Origin: Leptospira sp.
Lineage (GTDB): Bacteria; Spirochaetota; Leptospiria; Leptospirales; Leptospiraceae
Assembly: GCA_034439575.1 (NCBI GenBank)
Contig: JAWXAQ010000027.1
Span: 192,001 to 256,000 of the forward strand
Direction of reading: 5' to 3'
Length of the DNA: 64,000 nt
Positions within the stretch are counted from its first letter, which is position 1. Each line of letters begins with the position of its first letter. Positions 39,812 to 49,571 of this stretch are shown one piece after another. Below the pieces are notes generated by a model. The model did no database searches. It was not told the DNA's origin and was given only the letters and a program-made list of their open reading frames with translations. The position numbers and the translations under genes were made by a program.

Positions 39812-40876
39812 ATGAAATACTCTTTATCCTTCTCACTACTTTTAATCATCCTTACTCATAATTGTGGACCTAAAACAGAAAAGGCACTAAGCTATGTGAG
39901 TGCTGGCTCTGTAGGCCAATTGTATCCAGAACAACCGTGGAGATATAGCCCCGAATACGTGTTTGATGGAAAACAAAGCACGGCGTTTTGTGCGGATTCA
40001 AAACAAACAGATTCTGGATTTACAATTTATTTATCAAACCATTCTGAATTTTCAGCCATTTCTTTTATCAATGGATTTGCGAAATCGTCTCTAGATGCTT
40101 CGCAAAATGCACAGGTAAAAAAGTTAAAAATAACTGCCATTGTTCAAGCTGTATCAGATAATAAAACTAAAGTGAATTCGGAAGATTCAGTGATTGTCGA
40201 ACTTCCTTTAGCTGTATTTTCCGGAAATGAGGCAAAAGTTCAAAGTGTAGATTTAAACAAAACCTTAAAAGGCAATGTGATACGATTTGAATTTTTAGAC
40301 ACTCACAAGGGATCAAAATTTACAGATGTTTGCCTGAGTGAACTTATCATAGGCCAAAGGAAAGATAACCAATTTCAAAAATATCCTGTTTCCAATGAAG
40401 AACGAATCAAAACTTTGATCGCAGGATATGAAGAGGCATCTCGACATTATTATGCTTTTAAAAAATTAATCACCGCGAACGAGGTTGGATCTATTAATTT
40501 TTTAAATCAAAATTTGGTTCTCCCAGTATTTTTTAAACCAGATTTTACTTTCAGTTTTTCCGAAATGTATGGTGGTAACCCGGAAGCTGGCATGGGTGGG
40601 ATGGACAGCGCCAAACAAGGAAGTTATACTATACTTTCTTCCAGTGCTCATGGAATTGAGATCAATTTAAGTTATTTTGATGCGAATGGTTTAGAAAAAA
40701 ATGATACATGGATTTTCCGTCGAGCGAGTGCTGGTGATGAAGATTTTGAATATTTTAAAACGAAACTCGGCACAACTTTTTCGGAAGTTTACAATCCAAA
40801 GACCCATTATTTGTTATTTCTTAAAGAAGTAAATACTAGTTCCTCCTATTACAATTATGAAATTCCTTTCAAATAG
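39812..40876 (+). CDS. hypothetical lipoprotein with a discoidin-like/glycan-binding beta-sandwich
   Basis: LTHN-C lipobox; YSPEYVFDGKQSTAFC, INGF and DVCLSEL motifs. Confidence 0.65.
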   Translation: MKYSLSFSLLLIILTHNCGPKTEKALSYVSAGSVGQLYPEQPWRYSPEYVFDGKQSTAFCADSKQTDSGFTIYLSNHSEFSAISFINGFAKSSLDASQNAQVKKLKITAIVQAVSDNKTKVNSEDSVIVELPLAVFSGNEAKVQSVDLNKTLKGNVIRFEFLDTHKGSKFTDVCLSELIIGQRKDNQFQKYPVSNEERIKTLIAGYEEASRHYYAFKKLITANEVGSINFLNQNLVLPVFFKPDFTFSFSEMYGGNPEAGMGGMDSAKQGSYTILSSSAHGIEINLSYFDANGLEKNDTWIFRRASAGDEDFEYFKTKLGTTFSEVYNPKTHYLLFLKEVNTSSSYYNYEIPFK

Positions 40877-40959
40877 TTTGCACTATTTAAAAAAGAATAA
40901 TTGTGTATAAACAAATTAGTCTAGATATTAAATGTAATCTAAAAAAAAACGATCGGCTG

Positions 40960-42564
40960 TTAAGCGATCGTTTTTGAAAGAGCAATTACCACTTCATTAA
41001 ATTCTTTGAGAGAGGATTTTTTCTGTGCTTCCGTCCAGGATTGGCATTTTGATAAAATCTTACTTACTGGTTCAGCAAGTTTTGTTGCAAGTTCCAAATC
41101 CAAAAATAGAACTCTCCATCTTCTAGCTAAGATATCACTTACGGAAATGGCAAATTCATTTTTAACAAAATGAATAATCTCCTCTTCGAAATAACCCGTT
41201 CCTTTTTTGATCTCTTTTGGTTTTTTACCAAGGATCATTTCTGCTTCGCCACCTAAAGAATCTGCTAATCTAATGGCAACTGACTCTTCAAATCCATAGA
41301 TCCATTGTAATTTTCTATATAAATCTTTTGTATAACCGATAGCCCCTGGGAAACTATAATTATAAGTCATACATTCATTTTTGGAATCCAGACCACCTTC
41401 ATCGATTAGGCGATTTGTAAGGTCTTCGCCCATTTTGCGGTAAGTAGACCATTTGCCACCAGACATGGTCACAAGGCCTGAATCAGAAACGAGTATAGCT
41501 TCTTCCCTAGAAATGGATTTTGTATTTTGATTTCCTTCAAGTGAGATAAGTGGGCGAAGGCCACTAAATACGGATTGGACATCGTCTTTAGTCAGTTTGG
41601 CGTCTAAATAATCATTCCCTGTTTTAAGTAAAAAATCTACTTCTTCTTTTAAGGGAAGTGGTTCATCATCGATGGATTTGATCGGTGTATCCGTTGTCCC
41701 CATAATGACCTTACCTTCCCAAGGGATGATAAATACCACACGTCCGTCAGCCGTTTTGGGAATGATCATCGCGGTTTTACATGGAATTTTTTCTTTTGAA
41801 AATACCAGGTGGATGCCTTGGCTTGGGCTTAGGACATTTGATGCGTTTGGTTCATCTAATTTGCGTATGGCGTCAATCCAAACACCAGTTGTATTTGCGA
41901 TGACCTTGGCATAAATATCTATTTTCTTTTTTGTTAGTAAATCAATTGCTTGAACACCAATAATGCGACCATCTTTTTTGATAAATCCTTTCACTTCGAC
42001 TCGGCTTAAAATGTCAGCACCAGCATCTTTTGCACCGCGTATGGTAGCAATGTTCAGTCTCGCATCATTGAACTGGGCATCGTAGTATTTGATTCCGCCT
42101 TTGAGTCCCTCTTTTTTTAAGGAAGGAAATAAATCTAAGGCTTGGGTTTTTGAAACTCTTTCGTGTCCAGGGACAGTGGAAGAACCAGCTAATAGATCAT
42201 AAAGAGTCAAGCCAATGGAGAAGTAAGGTTTCTCATACCATTTGTAAGTGGGCATGACAAAGGGAAGAGGTTTGACCAAGTGAGGTGCATTCTTTAAAAG
42301 TCGTTTTCTCTCCGTGAGAGCCTCATGTATCAATTTGAAATGCAATTGTGCTAAATAGCGCACACCACCGTGAATCAGTTTGGTTGATCGAGAGGAAGTG
42401 CCGCTTGAAAAATCTTTTTTGTCAAGTAGGGCAACTTTGTAGCCACGAAGGCTCGCATCAAGTGCTGTGCCTGAACCCGTCGCACCCCCACCAAGGATGA
42501 GAATATCATACTTTGTTTCGGAGAGTTTTGTGAGAATTTGTGATCTTTCTTTTGATAGTGCCAT
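40960..42564 (-). CDS. glpD: FAD-dependent glycerol-3-phosphate dehydrogenase
   Basis: GGGATG, GTSSRSTKLIHGGVRYL, GTTD, SGLRPL, GGKWSTYR. Confidence 0.93.
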   Translation of the reverse strand: MALSKERSQILTKLSETKYDILILGGGATGSGTALDASLRGYKVALLDKKDFSSGTSSRSTKLIHGGVRYLAQLHFKLIHEALTERKRLLKNAPHLVKPLPFVMPTYKWYEKPYFSIGLTLYDLLAGSSTVPGHERVSKTQALDLFPSLKKEGLKGGIKYYDAQFNDARLNIATIRGAKDAGADILSRVEVKGFIKKDGRIIGVQAIDLLTKKKIDIYAKVIANTTGVWIDAIRKLDEPNASNVLSPSQGIHLVFSKEKIPCKTAMIIPKTADGRVVFIIPWEGKVIMGTTDTPIKSIDDEPLPLKEEVDFLLKTGNDYLDAKLTKDDVQSVFSGLRPLISLEGNQNTKSISREEAILVSDSGLVTMSGGKWSTYRKMGEDLTNRLIDEGGLDSKNECMTYNYSFPGAIGYTKDLYRKLQWIYGFEESVAIRLADSLGGEAEMILGKKPKEIKKGTGYFEEEIIHFVKNEFAISVSDILARRWRVLFLDLELATKLAEPVSKILSKCQSWTEAQKKSSLKEFNEVVIALSKTIA

Positions 42565-42654
42565 TCTTCGTTTTTGCTTTTCTTGCCTATAGAGATTCTT
42601 AGGTAAGTATTGTCATATATCACCATTTCATCCATCCAAAATTAAAAGACTTAC

Positions 42655-43887
42655 ATGAAAACTGACGCACAAATTGAATTAGAAATCGAAAAAATCCGCA
42701 GAGGTACTGTGGAGATCATTTCCGAAAATGAACTGAAAGCAAAATTAAAAAAGAAAGTGATTCTAAAAATCAAAGCTGGGTTTGATCCTACAGCTCCAGA
42801 TTTGCACCTTGGACATTTTGTATTGCTTAGAAAACTAAGACACTTTCAAGAACTCGGACATGAAATAATATTTTTGTTAGGTGACTTTACTGGAATGATA
42901 GGAGACCCAACTGGAAAGTCAGAAACTAGGAAACGACTAACAAAAGAAGAAGTCTTAGTTAATTCTCAAACTTACCAAGACCAAGTTTTCAAAATTTTGG
43001 ATAAGTCAAAAACCAAAATCGTTTATAACTCCGAGTGGTGTTCACCGATGAAAATCGAAGATGTCTTAAGTCTTACTGCAAGATACACCGTTTCACAAAT
43101 GTTAGAGAGAGATGATTTTACAAAAAGATATAAGTCTGGTAGTCCAATTTCAATTATTGAATTTTTATATCCATTATTCCAAGGATATGATTCTGTTGCG
43201 ATACAAAGTGATGTAGAGTTAGGTGGAACTGATCAAAAATTCAATTTGTTAATTGGTCGGGATCTGCAAAGAGAATACGGTCAAGATCCACAGTGTGTAG
43301 TCACTATGCCTCTACTTGTTGGCCTTGACGGGACTAAAAAAATGTCTAAGTCACTTGGCAATTATATAGGAATTACCGAAGCACCGCTCGATATTTACGG
43401 TAAGGTGATGTCTATCTCTGATGATTTAATGTGGAATTATTTTGAACTTCTGACCGATCTCCCTAAAACAGAAATCAGTGCCCGTCAAAATGGGATTAGG
43501 GAAAAAGCTCTCCATCCCAAAGAAGTGAAAACAGAACTCGCTCTTTTAATTATGAACCAATTGCATCCTGCATCTGAAAATCAAAATGCCATCGAAGAAT
43601 GGGCTCGCATACATAATACAAAAAATCGTGCTTTGCCAGATGAAATTCCGACGGAAACTCTTGGCTCTGAGTTTTTTAGTGAAAAACCTCCCTTACTATT
43701 AGCTATATTATCCCAATTCAAATTTATTCCCTCCACATCGGAAGGACGAAGGCTCATCCAAGCCGGGGGACTCTATTTGGATGAAGAAAAATTAACAGAC
43801 CCAAATATGGTTCTTGCAAAGGGCAAAGAGTATCTGATCCGCCAAGGGAAAAAAGGAAAATTTTTACGTATAATTACGAATGCTTAA
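42655..43887 (+). CDS. tyrS: tyrosine--tRNA ligase
   Basis: [32 protein letters not shown]-terminal S4-like domain. Confidence 0.97.
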   Translation: MKTDAQIELEIEKIRRGTVEIISENELKAKLKKKVILKIKAGFDPTAPDLHLGHFVLLRKLRHFQELGHEIIFLLGDFTGMIGDPTGKSETRKRLTKEEVLVNSQTYQDQVFKILDKSKTKIVYNSEWCSPMKIEDVLSLTARYTVSQMLERDDFTKRYKSGSPISIIEFLYPLFQGYDSVAIQSDVELGGTDQKFNLLIGRDLQREYGQDPQCVVTMPLLVGLDGTKKMSKSLGNYIGITEAPLDIYGKVMSISDDLMWNYFELLTDLPKTEISARQNGIREKALHPKEVKTELALLIMNQLHPASENQNAIEEWARIHNTKNRALPDEIPTETLGSEFFSEKPPLLLAILSQFKFIPSTSEGRRLIQAGGLYLDEEKLTDPNMVLAKGKEYLIRQGKKGKFLRIITNA

Positions 43888-43943
43888 AATGAAGATTCAC
43901 CCCTCGAATGTCCGATATTTAGAATAAGGATTCTTATATCTAA

Positions 43944-45131
43944 ATGCCTCTCGATCCGACACAAGAAGAAAAAGAAATTCAAGACATTGTTCATGAATTG
44001 TCAAAAGATATAGAGAAGGATCGACATTTCGCCAAACAATTGCAACGTGTGTTATTGCTTTTACTTGCTGGTTTTTTGGCAGCAGGTTTGGTTGTACTCC
44101 TCAGTTATTTACTCTATTTAAATTTTTCAGTTAACAAACTACAAACGGAAGTCAAACAAAAAGAAAAAAGTTTACAAGAGTTAGAGGAAAGTCTCTTTTC
44201 ACTCATGTATCAGGAACAATTAAAGGAAGAACAATACCTTCCCTTAGATTCAGATGCAGATCAAAATTTCAGAAAACAAGTCGAAGAAAATATCTCCTAT
44301 TTAAAAGAAGTAACTAAAGGTGTGAAGGGCAAAAATATCCTTCGAGGTAATGAAAATCACAAAGAGATATCACTTACCTTTGATTTGGCGACTGGTGAAG
44401 AATTAGCTACCTTACTTCAATATATCAAAGAATACGATATTCGTGTGACTGTATTTCTTTCCAATGAAAGGCCATCCGATACTAGCGGTTCTTTTTTCGT
44501 CCGTCAAAACTTAGATCTGATCAAAAAAATGTCAAAGACTGGAAAAGTGGAATTTGCAAATCACACTTGGAGTCATTTTAATTATTCACGTTCTGTCACG
44601 GAAACATCACAGAAAAAAAGAACTGTTCTGGATTATCTATCCAAACAAGTATTGGATCTTCCGAGAATGGCTGAAGAATTAAAAAGGGTAGAAGATATTT
44701 TTTCTGCTCTCACCAAACAAGATTTAAAAAAATACTATCGATTGCCATATGGTGCGATCAACCAATTGATTTTAGATGCTCATGCGAGTATCGGATATAC
44801 GGATCATGTTATGTGGTCAAGAAATAACAAAGGATCTTTAGATTTACCAGATTATATTCATAAACAATTTTTATACAAAATTCATAATGGGAAAAAGGAA
44901 GTTGTGAAAAATCCCTATTACAAAACGAGTGGGGAAACTTTAGAATATTTGGATGCTTGGGAATCTGTTGATAAAAATGGAATGAACGGTGCGATCATTC
45001 TTATGCATTTAGGTGGACCTAGAAAATTTGATAAACTGATTTATATATTGCCTGAATTTGTGAGACGAATGCAAAAGAAGGGCTACAAATTTGTAACCCT
45101 AAGTGAAGTTCTAAATAACGAAGCTGATTAA
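43944..45131 (+). CDS. membrane-anchored polysaccharide deacetylase (CE4/NodB) family protein
   Basis: TM helix plus coiled coil; LTFD, NHTWSH, YRLPYG, IILMH. Confidence 0.8.
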   Translation: MPLDPTQEEKEIQDIVHELSKDIEKDRHFAKQLQRVLLLLLAGFLAAGLVVLLSYLLYLNFSVNKLQTEVKQKEKSLQELEESLFSLMYQEQLKEEQYLPLDSDADQNFRKQVEENISYLKEVTKGVKGKNILRGNENHKEISLTFDLATGEELATLLQYIKEYDIRVTVFLSNERPSDTSGSFFVRQNLDLIKKMSKTGKVEFANHTWSHFNYSRSVTETSQKKRTVLDYLSKQVLDLPRMAEELKRVEDIFSALTKQDLKKYYRLPYGAINQLILDAHASIGYTDHVMWSRNNKGSLDLPDYIHKQFLYKIHNGKKEVVKNPYYKTSGETLEYLDAWESVDKNGMNGAIILMHLGGPRKFDKLIYILPEFVRRMQKKGYKFVTLSEVLNNEAD

Positions 45132-45162
45132 CTTTAGTAATATCTTTTCAGATATCGAAACC

Positions 45163-48100
45163 TCAAACAAACTGAGATTTTTTTCTTTTAGTTTTCCACT
45201 TGTCTTGCATCCAATGCACAAAGTCATAGGTCGTGAGATAAAAGACAGGAACCATGATCAAGGTGATAAAAGTGGCAAAGGCTAGGCCCCAACCAAAGGC
45301 AAGTGCCATTGGGACAAGGAAAGGATCTCGGCCACCGATACCGTAAGCTGTGGGTAGTAGTCCCAAAACAGTTGTTACTGTGGTGAGAATAACAGCCCTT
45401 AAGCGAATGGATCCTGTTTCTACCAATAGATCAAAAGTTTTTATCTCGGGGTTTTCTAATTTTAATTGGTTGGCACAGTCCACGAGTACAATGGAGTCGT
45501 TGACGACTACCCCCGCAAGTCCGATGATCCCAAGAAATGAAAGAAAAGATAAAGGCTGTCCGTGCAATAAAAAGGCAAATATAACACCTATGACACCAAA
45601 GGGAATCGCACTCATTACCACAAAGGGTTGGAGTAGGGATTTGAAAAGGGAGGCGAGGATCATATAAATGATAATCAAACCAACCAAAAATGCTCGCCCT
45701 AAGGATGCCATTGACTCTTCTGTATCTTTGTTTTCCCCAGAAAAACGAACTGTATATCCTGGATACTTAAGAATGATTTTTTCACCGAGCACTTTCGCAT
45801 CTGTGTTTACTTTACGTGATGTGGTTACCGTCTCATCAATGTTTGCCGTTACAGTCAAAAGACGTTTCCCATCCAAATGATTGATGGATGCGCGTCCTGG
45901 TGAACGGTCATATGAAGTTAATCGGGAAACTGGTATCATATTACCGGCAAGATTATTTACATATACTTTATTTAAGTGCGTAAGAGAGGTTCTATATTCT
46001 TCTGGAAAACGTACGCGAACATCTACTTCTTCCTCTGCCCGTTTGATTTTTGTGGAAACCGCCCCTTGCAATGCAGTATTGATGGCGAGAGATACGGATT
46101 GGACACTAACGCCCGCAAACGAAGCTAGAGATTCATCAACGGTGACTCGTATCTCATCTTTTCCTTCATTAAAATCATCCCCTATGTCAACGACACCAGG
46201 CACTTTATTTAAAATCAATTTATACTCCTCGGCAATCTTTTGTAAGGTGGAAAAATCATCTCCTTTGATTTCTATGGCCACTGGTTTCCCAACAGGTGGT
46301 CCACCTGCCAATTTTTCAAATTCTAAATTGATAAGTTTTCCTTCTAAAGCTTTGAACTCACTCGGTATAGGAAGGGTTTCGAATTTTTCATCCTTACTTG
46401 CATTTTGATTTTCTTTCGCAATTTTTTCTTCAAGTAATAACAATGCTTTGTCGTTTAGCATGTACTTTGTGTTGTGCCGAATGTATTCGATAACTTTTTC
46501 TGTGCTTCTATCTCTCGACTCTTCTGGTGTGAGATAGACTAAGACCTGCGCATAGTTTTTGCCACGTTTGGTGAATGGATCATTTGGATCTTTTTGGATG
46601 ATGCCCACTCTCGAGATATAGTTTTCCAATTCTTCTTTTGGCAAAGTTTTTAAGGAAAATTCAATTGCTTGAATGAACTTATCTGTTTGTTCCAATGTAA
46701 GTCCCGTTTCGGCAGTGACTCTCACTTGGAACGTTTCAATGGCACCTGGGAATAGTTTGAATTTCCCGAACATACCTTGCAAAACTATCGAAAATACAAA
46801 TAATCCCAAAAGTAAAGAAATCATCTTTAACTTGTGGTTTAAGGCAAATCTTAAAACGGGTAAATAATAGTTTACTTTGAAATTCGTAAACCAATGTGAT
46901 TCATCTTTCACTTCACCTTTTAAACTAGTTGTTTTACTAATATCATAAAGGTGGGAAGGAAGCATAAAAAATGCTTCGAACAAAGAAGAAGATAAAGATA
47001 AAATCACAACCATCGGTATGGAACCGATGAATTTCCCAAAAATCCCAGTCATAAACAACATTGGTCCAAATGCAGCAATCGTAGTCGTCACTGTTGCCAT
47101 AACGGGTGCTAAAACTTCGGATGTTCCGCGCAATGCCGCTTCGAATGGTTCTTCGCCCATTTCCAGGTGACGATATACGTTTTCACAGATAATAATGGCA
47201 TCATCTACTAATATACCTACGACGATGATTAGTCCCATCATAGATATAAGATTCAAAGTCATTCCAAAGTAACTCATGGCAACAAAGGTCATGGCTATGG
47301 AAATAGGAATCCCGAGTGCGGTCATGAGTGCCATGCGCCATCCAAGGAAAACGAATAGGGATGCCGTCACAAGAAGTAGCCCAGACATCGCGTTCGATGT
47401 CAAAACCCCAAGTCTTCTTCTGATGTATTTGGATAAGTCATTTACAAACGCATGACGAATGGTGCCATTTGCACTGGCGATAAACTCATTCACAACTTTT
47501 TTGGATTCGTCTACGACAACAATCGCATCGGATTTTTCTCGTTTAATGACTGTCAGTGCAATAGCAACTTCGCCATTTGATTTATCTAAATAATCCGAAT
47601 CTTCAAATCCTTCCGTCACTCGTGCTATGTCTTTGACTCGCACTGATCTGCCTGCATCATTTGTACGGACAAATACATTTTCTATCTGTTCGGCGGTGTC
47701 AAACTCGCCCACAGTGCGAACGATAATCTCTTTCGAACGTTCTGAAATATTACCACCAGGAAAGTTAATGTTTCTTAAGCGTAGAGCGTTTACTACTTGA
47801 GTTGAGGAAATGGAAAGTGCTGTCATTTTATCTGGAAATAGATCCACTTTCATTTCACGATCACGCCAACCGCGTTTGGTTATCCTTGCTACAGTTGGTA
47901 AACTTTTGAGTTTATCTTCTAAAATTTTCGCTTGGTCACGCAATTCTTTTGGAGATAAGATTTGTTTTCCATCTTTCAATTCACTTGTTAAATGGATTTC
48001 AATGACAGGTTGTCTAGCTGTTGTGATTTCAGTGACGATCGGATCTTCTACATCATTTGGCAAATCTTGCACTCGGTCAATGGCTGATTTGATATCATCT

Positions 48101-48423
48101 ACAACTTTTTGCGTGTTTTTGACATTTGGGTCAATTGTGATGATAATTCCTGAACGATTTTCAAGAGATGCTGAGCGGTATTCTTTGATGCCATCTACTT
48201 CTTTAATAGCATCTTCTATTGGTTTGGTGACAAGTTTTTCAACGTCGGAGGGAGAGGCGCCGACATAAATTGCTGTAACACTAACAATGTCGAAATTGAT
48301 ATTGGGGAATGCTTCTCTGTTCATCGTTGCTGCAGTGAAACCACCAACGAGTAAAATCAAAAATGTAAGTAAGTTTACGAATAAACTTTTGGATAAAAAA
48401 TATTCAACGATGGATGATCGCAT
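45163..48423 (-). CDS. RND-family (AcrB-like) transporter
   Basis: [51 protein letters not shown]; 12-TM RND layout. Confidence 0.92.
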   Translation of the reverse strand: MRSSIVEYFLSKSLFVNLLTFLILLVGGFTAATMNREAFPNINFDIVSVTAIYVGASPSDVEKLVTKPIEDAIKEVDGIKEYRSASLENRSGIIITIDPNVKNTQKVVDDIKSAIDRVQDLPNDVEDPIVTEITTARQPVIEIHLTSELKDGKQILSPKELRDQAKILEDKLKSLPTVARITKRGWRDREMKVDLFPDKMTALSISSTQVVNALRLRNINFPGGNISERSKEIIVRTVGEFDTAEQIENVFVRTNDAGRSVRVKDIARVTEGFEDSDYLDKSNGEVAIALTVIKREKSDAIVVVDESKKVVNEFIASANGTIRHAFVNDLSKYIRRRLGVLTSNAMSGLLLVTASLFVFLGWRMALMTALGIPISIAMTFVAMSYFGMTLNLISMMGLIIVVGILVDDAIIICENVYRHLEMGEEPFEAALRGTSEVLAPVMATVTTTIAAFGPMLFMTGIFGKFIGSIPMVVILSLSSSLFEAFFMLPSHLYDISKTTSLKGEVKDESHWFTNFKVNYYLPVLRFALNHKLKMISLLLGLFVFSIVLQGMFGKFKLFPGAIETFQVRVTAETGLTLEQTDKFIQAIEFSLKTLPKEELENYISRVGIIQKDPNDPFTKRGKNYAQVLVYLTPEESRDRSTEKVIEYIRHNTKYMLNDKALLLLEEKIAKENQNASKDEKFETLPIPSEFKALEGKLINLEFEKLAGGPPVGKPVAIEIKGDDFSTLQKIAEEYKLILNKVPGVVDIGDDFNEGKDEIRVTVDESLASFAGVSVQSVSLAINTALQGAVSTKIKRAEEEVDVRVRFPEEYRTSLTHLNKVYVNNLAGNMIPVSRLTSYDRSPGRASINHLDGKRLLTVTANIDETVTTSRKVNTDAKVLGEKIILKYPGYTVRFSGENKDTEESMASLGRAFLVGLIIIYMILASLFKSLLQPFVVMSAIPFGVIGVIFAFLLHGQPLSFLSFLGIIGLAGVVVNDSIVLVDCANQLKLENPEIKTFDLLVETGSIRLRAVILTTVTTVLGLLPTAYGIGGRDPFLVPMALAFGWGLAFATFITLIMVPVFYLTTYDFVHWMQDKWKTKRKKSQFV

Positions 48424-48443
48424 GCTTTTGCCTATTTAGAAAT

Positions 48444-48983
48444 TTAGTCTAGAAGTTTTCCGTCGGTATCAACATCTTCGTTATAACCGAAGAGTTTAGT
48501 ACTTTTAAGTCTGTCCACATACAATACACCAAATAAGTGATCACATTCGTGTTGCATGACTATGGCTCTGTATCCTTCGATAATTTCTTCATGCGGTTCG
48601 AAGTGCTGATCTCGCCATTTCAATTTGATTTTATCTGGCCTTTCGACATACCCACGCATCCCAGGAACTGACAAACATCCTTCCCAAAATCCTTCACCGG
48701 GCGCCGAAAGTGGGGTGATTTCTGGATTGATAAGGACTTGTTCTGGAACGGCAGGCGAGCCTTTGTACCTGTTGTTGTCTTCTTCTGATCCAACAACTAC
48801 GATCTTTTTCATCACCCCGATTTGAGGAGCAGCAAGACCCACTCCTTCGGCGAAGCGCATAGTTTCAAACATATCGCGTAATAACTTTTTAAATTCTTTA
48901 GTTCCAATTTCAGATTCTAGAACATCCTCTGAAATTTGTCTTAAGAGTGGATTTCCGATGCGAAGTATTTTTCTGACTGCCAT
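48444..48983 (-). CDS. def: peptide deformylase
   Basis: [20 protein letters not shown]. Confidence 0.96.
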   Translation of the reverse strand: MAVRKILRIGNPLLRQISEDVLESEIGTKEFKKLLRDMFETMRFAEGVGLAAPQIGVMKKIVVVGSEEDNNRYKGSPAVPEQVLINPEITPLSAPGEGFWEGCLSVPGMRGYVERPDKIKLKWRDQHFEPHEEIIEGYRAIVMQHECDHLFGVLYVDRLKSTKLFGYNEDVDTDGKLLD

Positions 48984-49105
48984 AGATACTAAGGATTAGA
49001 TTTTAAAATCCCTCTCCTAGATCAAGTGAACTAGCGGTTTCTATAGGAAAAAGCATTTGACAGTAGGACAAAAAAGGAAAAATTTTAAGGAAATTCGGGA
49101 TTTGT

Positions 49106-49178
<73 letters not shown>

Positions 49179-49253
49179 GAAGCACTTGCCAAAGTGCTAA
49201 ACGGACAAGCCATGTCAACAGAGAAACATATAGAGAAAGGGGAATCAGTTCCA

Positions 49254-49565
49254 ATGAGTCAAGAAATTATAGACGACCTAAATAAAAAATTGAAAATTCA
49301 ATCAGATATTATTCGAGGTTATGAAAAAGTCCTAAGACTCAACGAACAAGAGTTATCCAATGCGGATGAAATCATTCGCATGTATGAACAAATCAGCGAC
49401 TACTCCCGGTCAGAATTAAAAGAAGCCAAGGAAACTGTCCAAGCAAGTTCAATGGTTTCAAACCTAAGCCGTGACGAGCTTATGTCTGCTTTTGATAAAA
49501 TCAAAGCGTTGGAAGAGGCAAATCGCAAACTCCGCGAAGAATCACTGAAGTTTAACAAAGATTAG
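49254..49565 (+). CDS. small coiled-coil hypothetical protein
   Basis: ATG 49254 follows AAAGGGG; the longer ORF start overlaps tRNA-Ala; heptad-rich, two IIRxYE repeats. Confidence 0.7.
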   Translation: MSQEIIDDLNKKLKIQSDIIRGYEKVLRLNEQELSNADEIIRMYEQISDYSRSELKEAKETVQASSMVSNLSRDELMSAFDKIKALEEANRKLREESLKFNKD

Positions 49566-49571
49566 ATCCTA

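Noticed and set aside
45350-46408. run of consecutive + strand ORFs antisense to the RND gene
   Set aside because: codon-register shadows of a long real gene; the same pattern occurs opposite pdhC, rpoD, cheB and others
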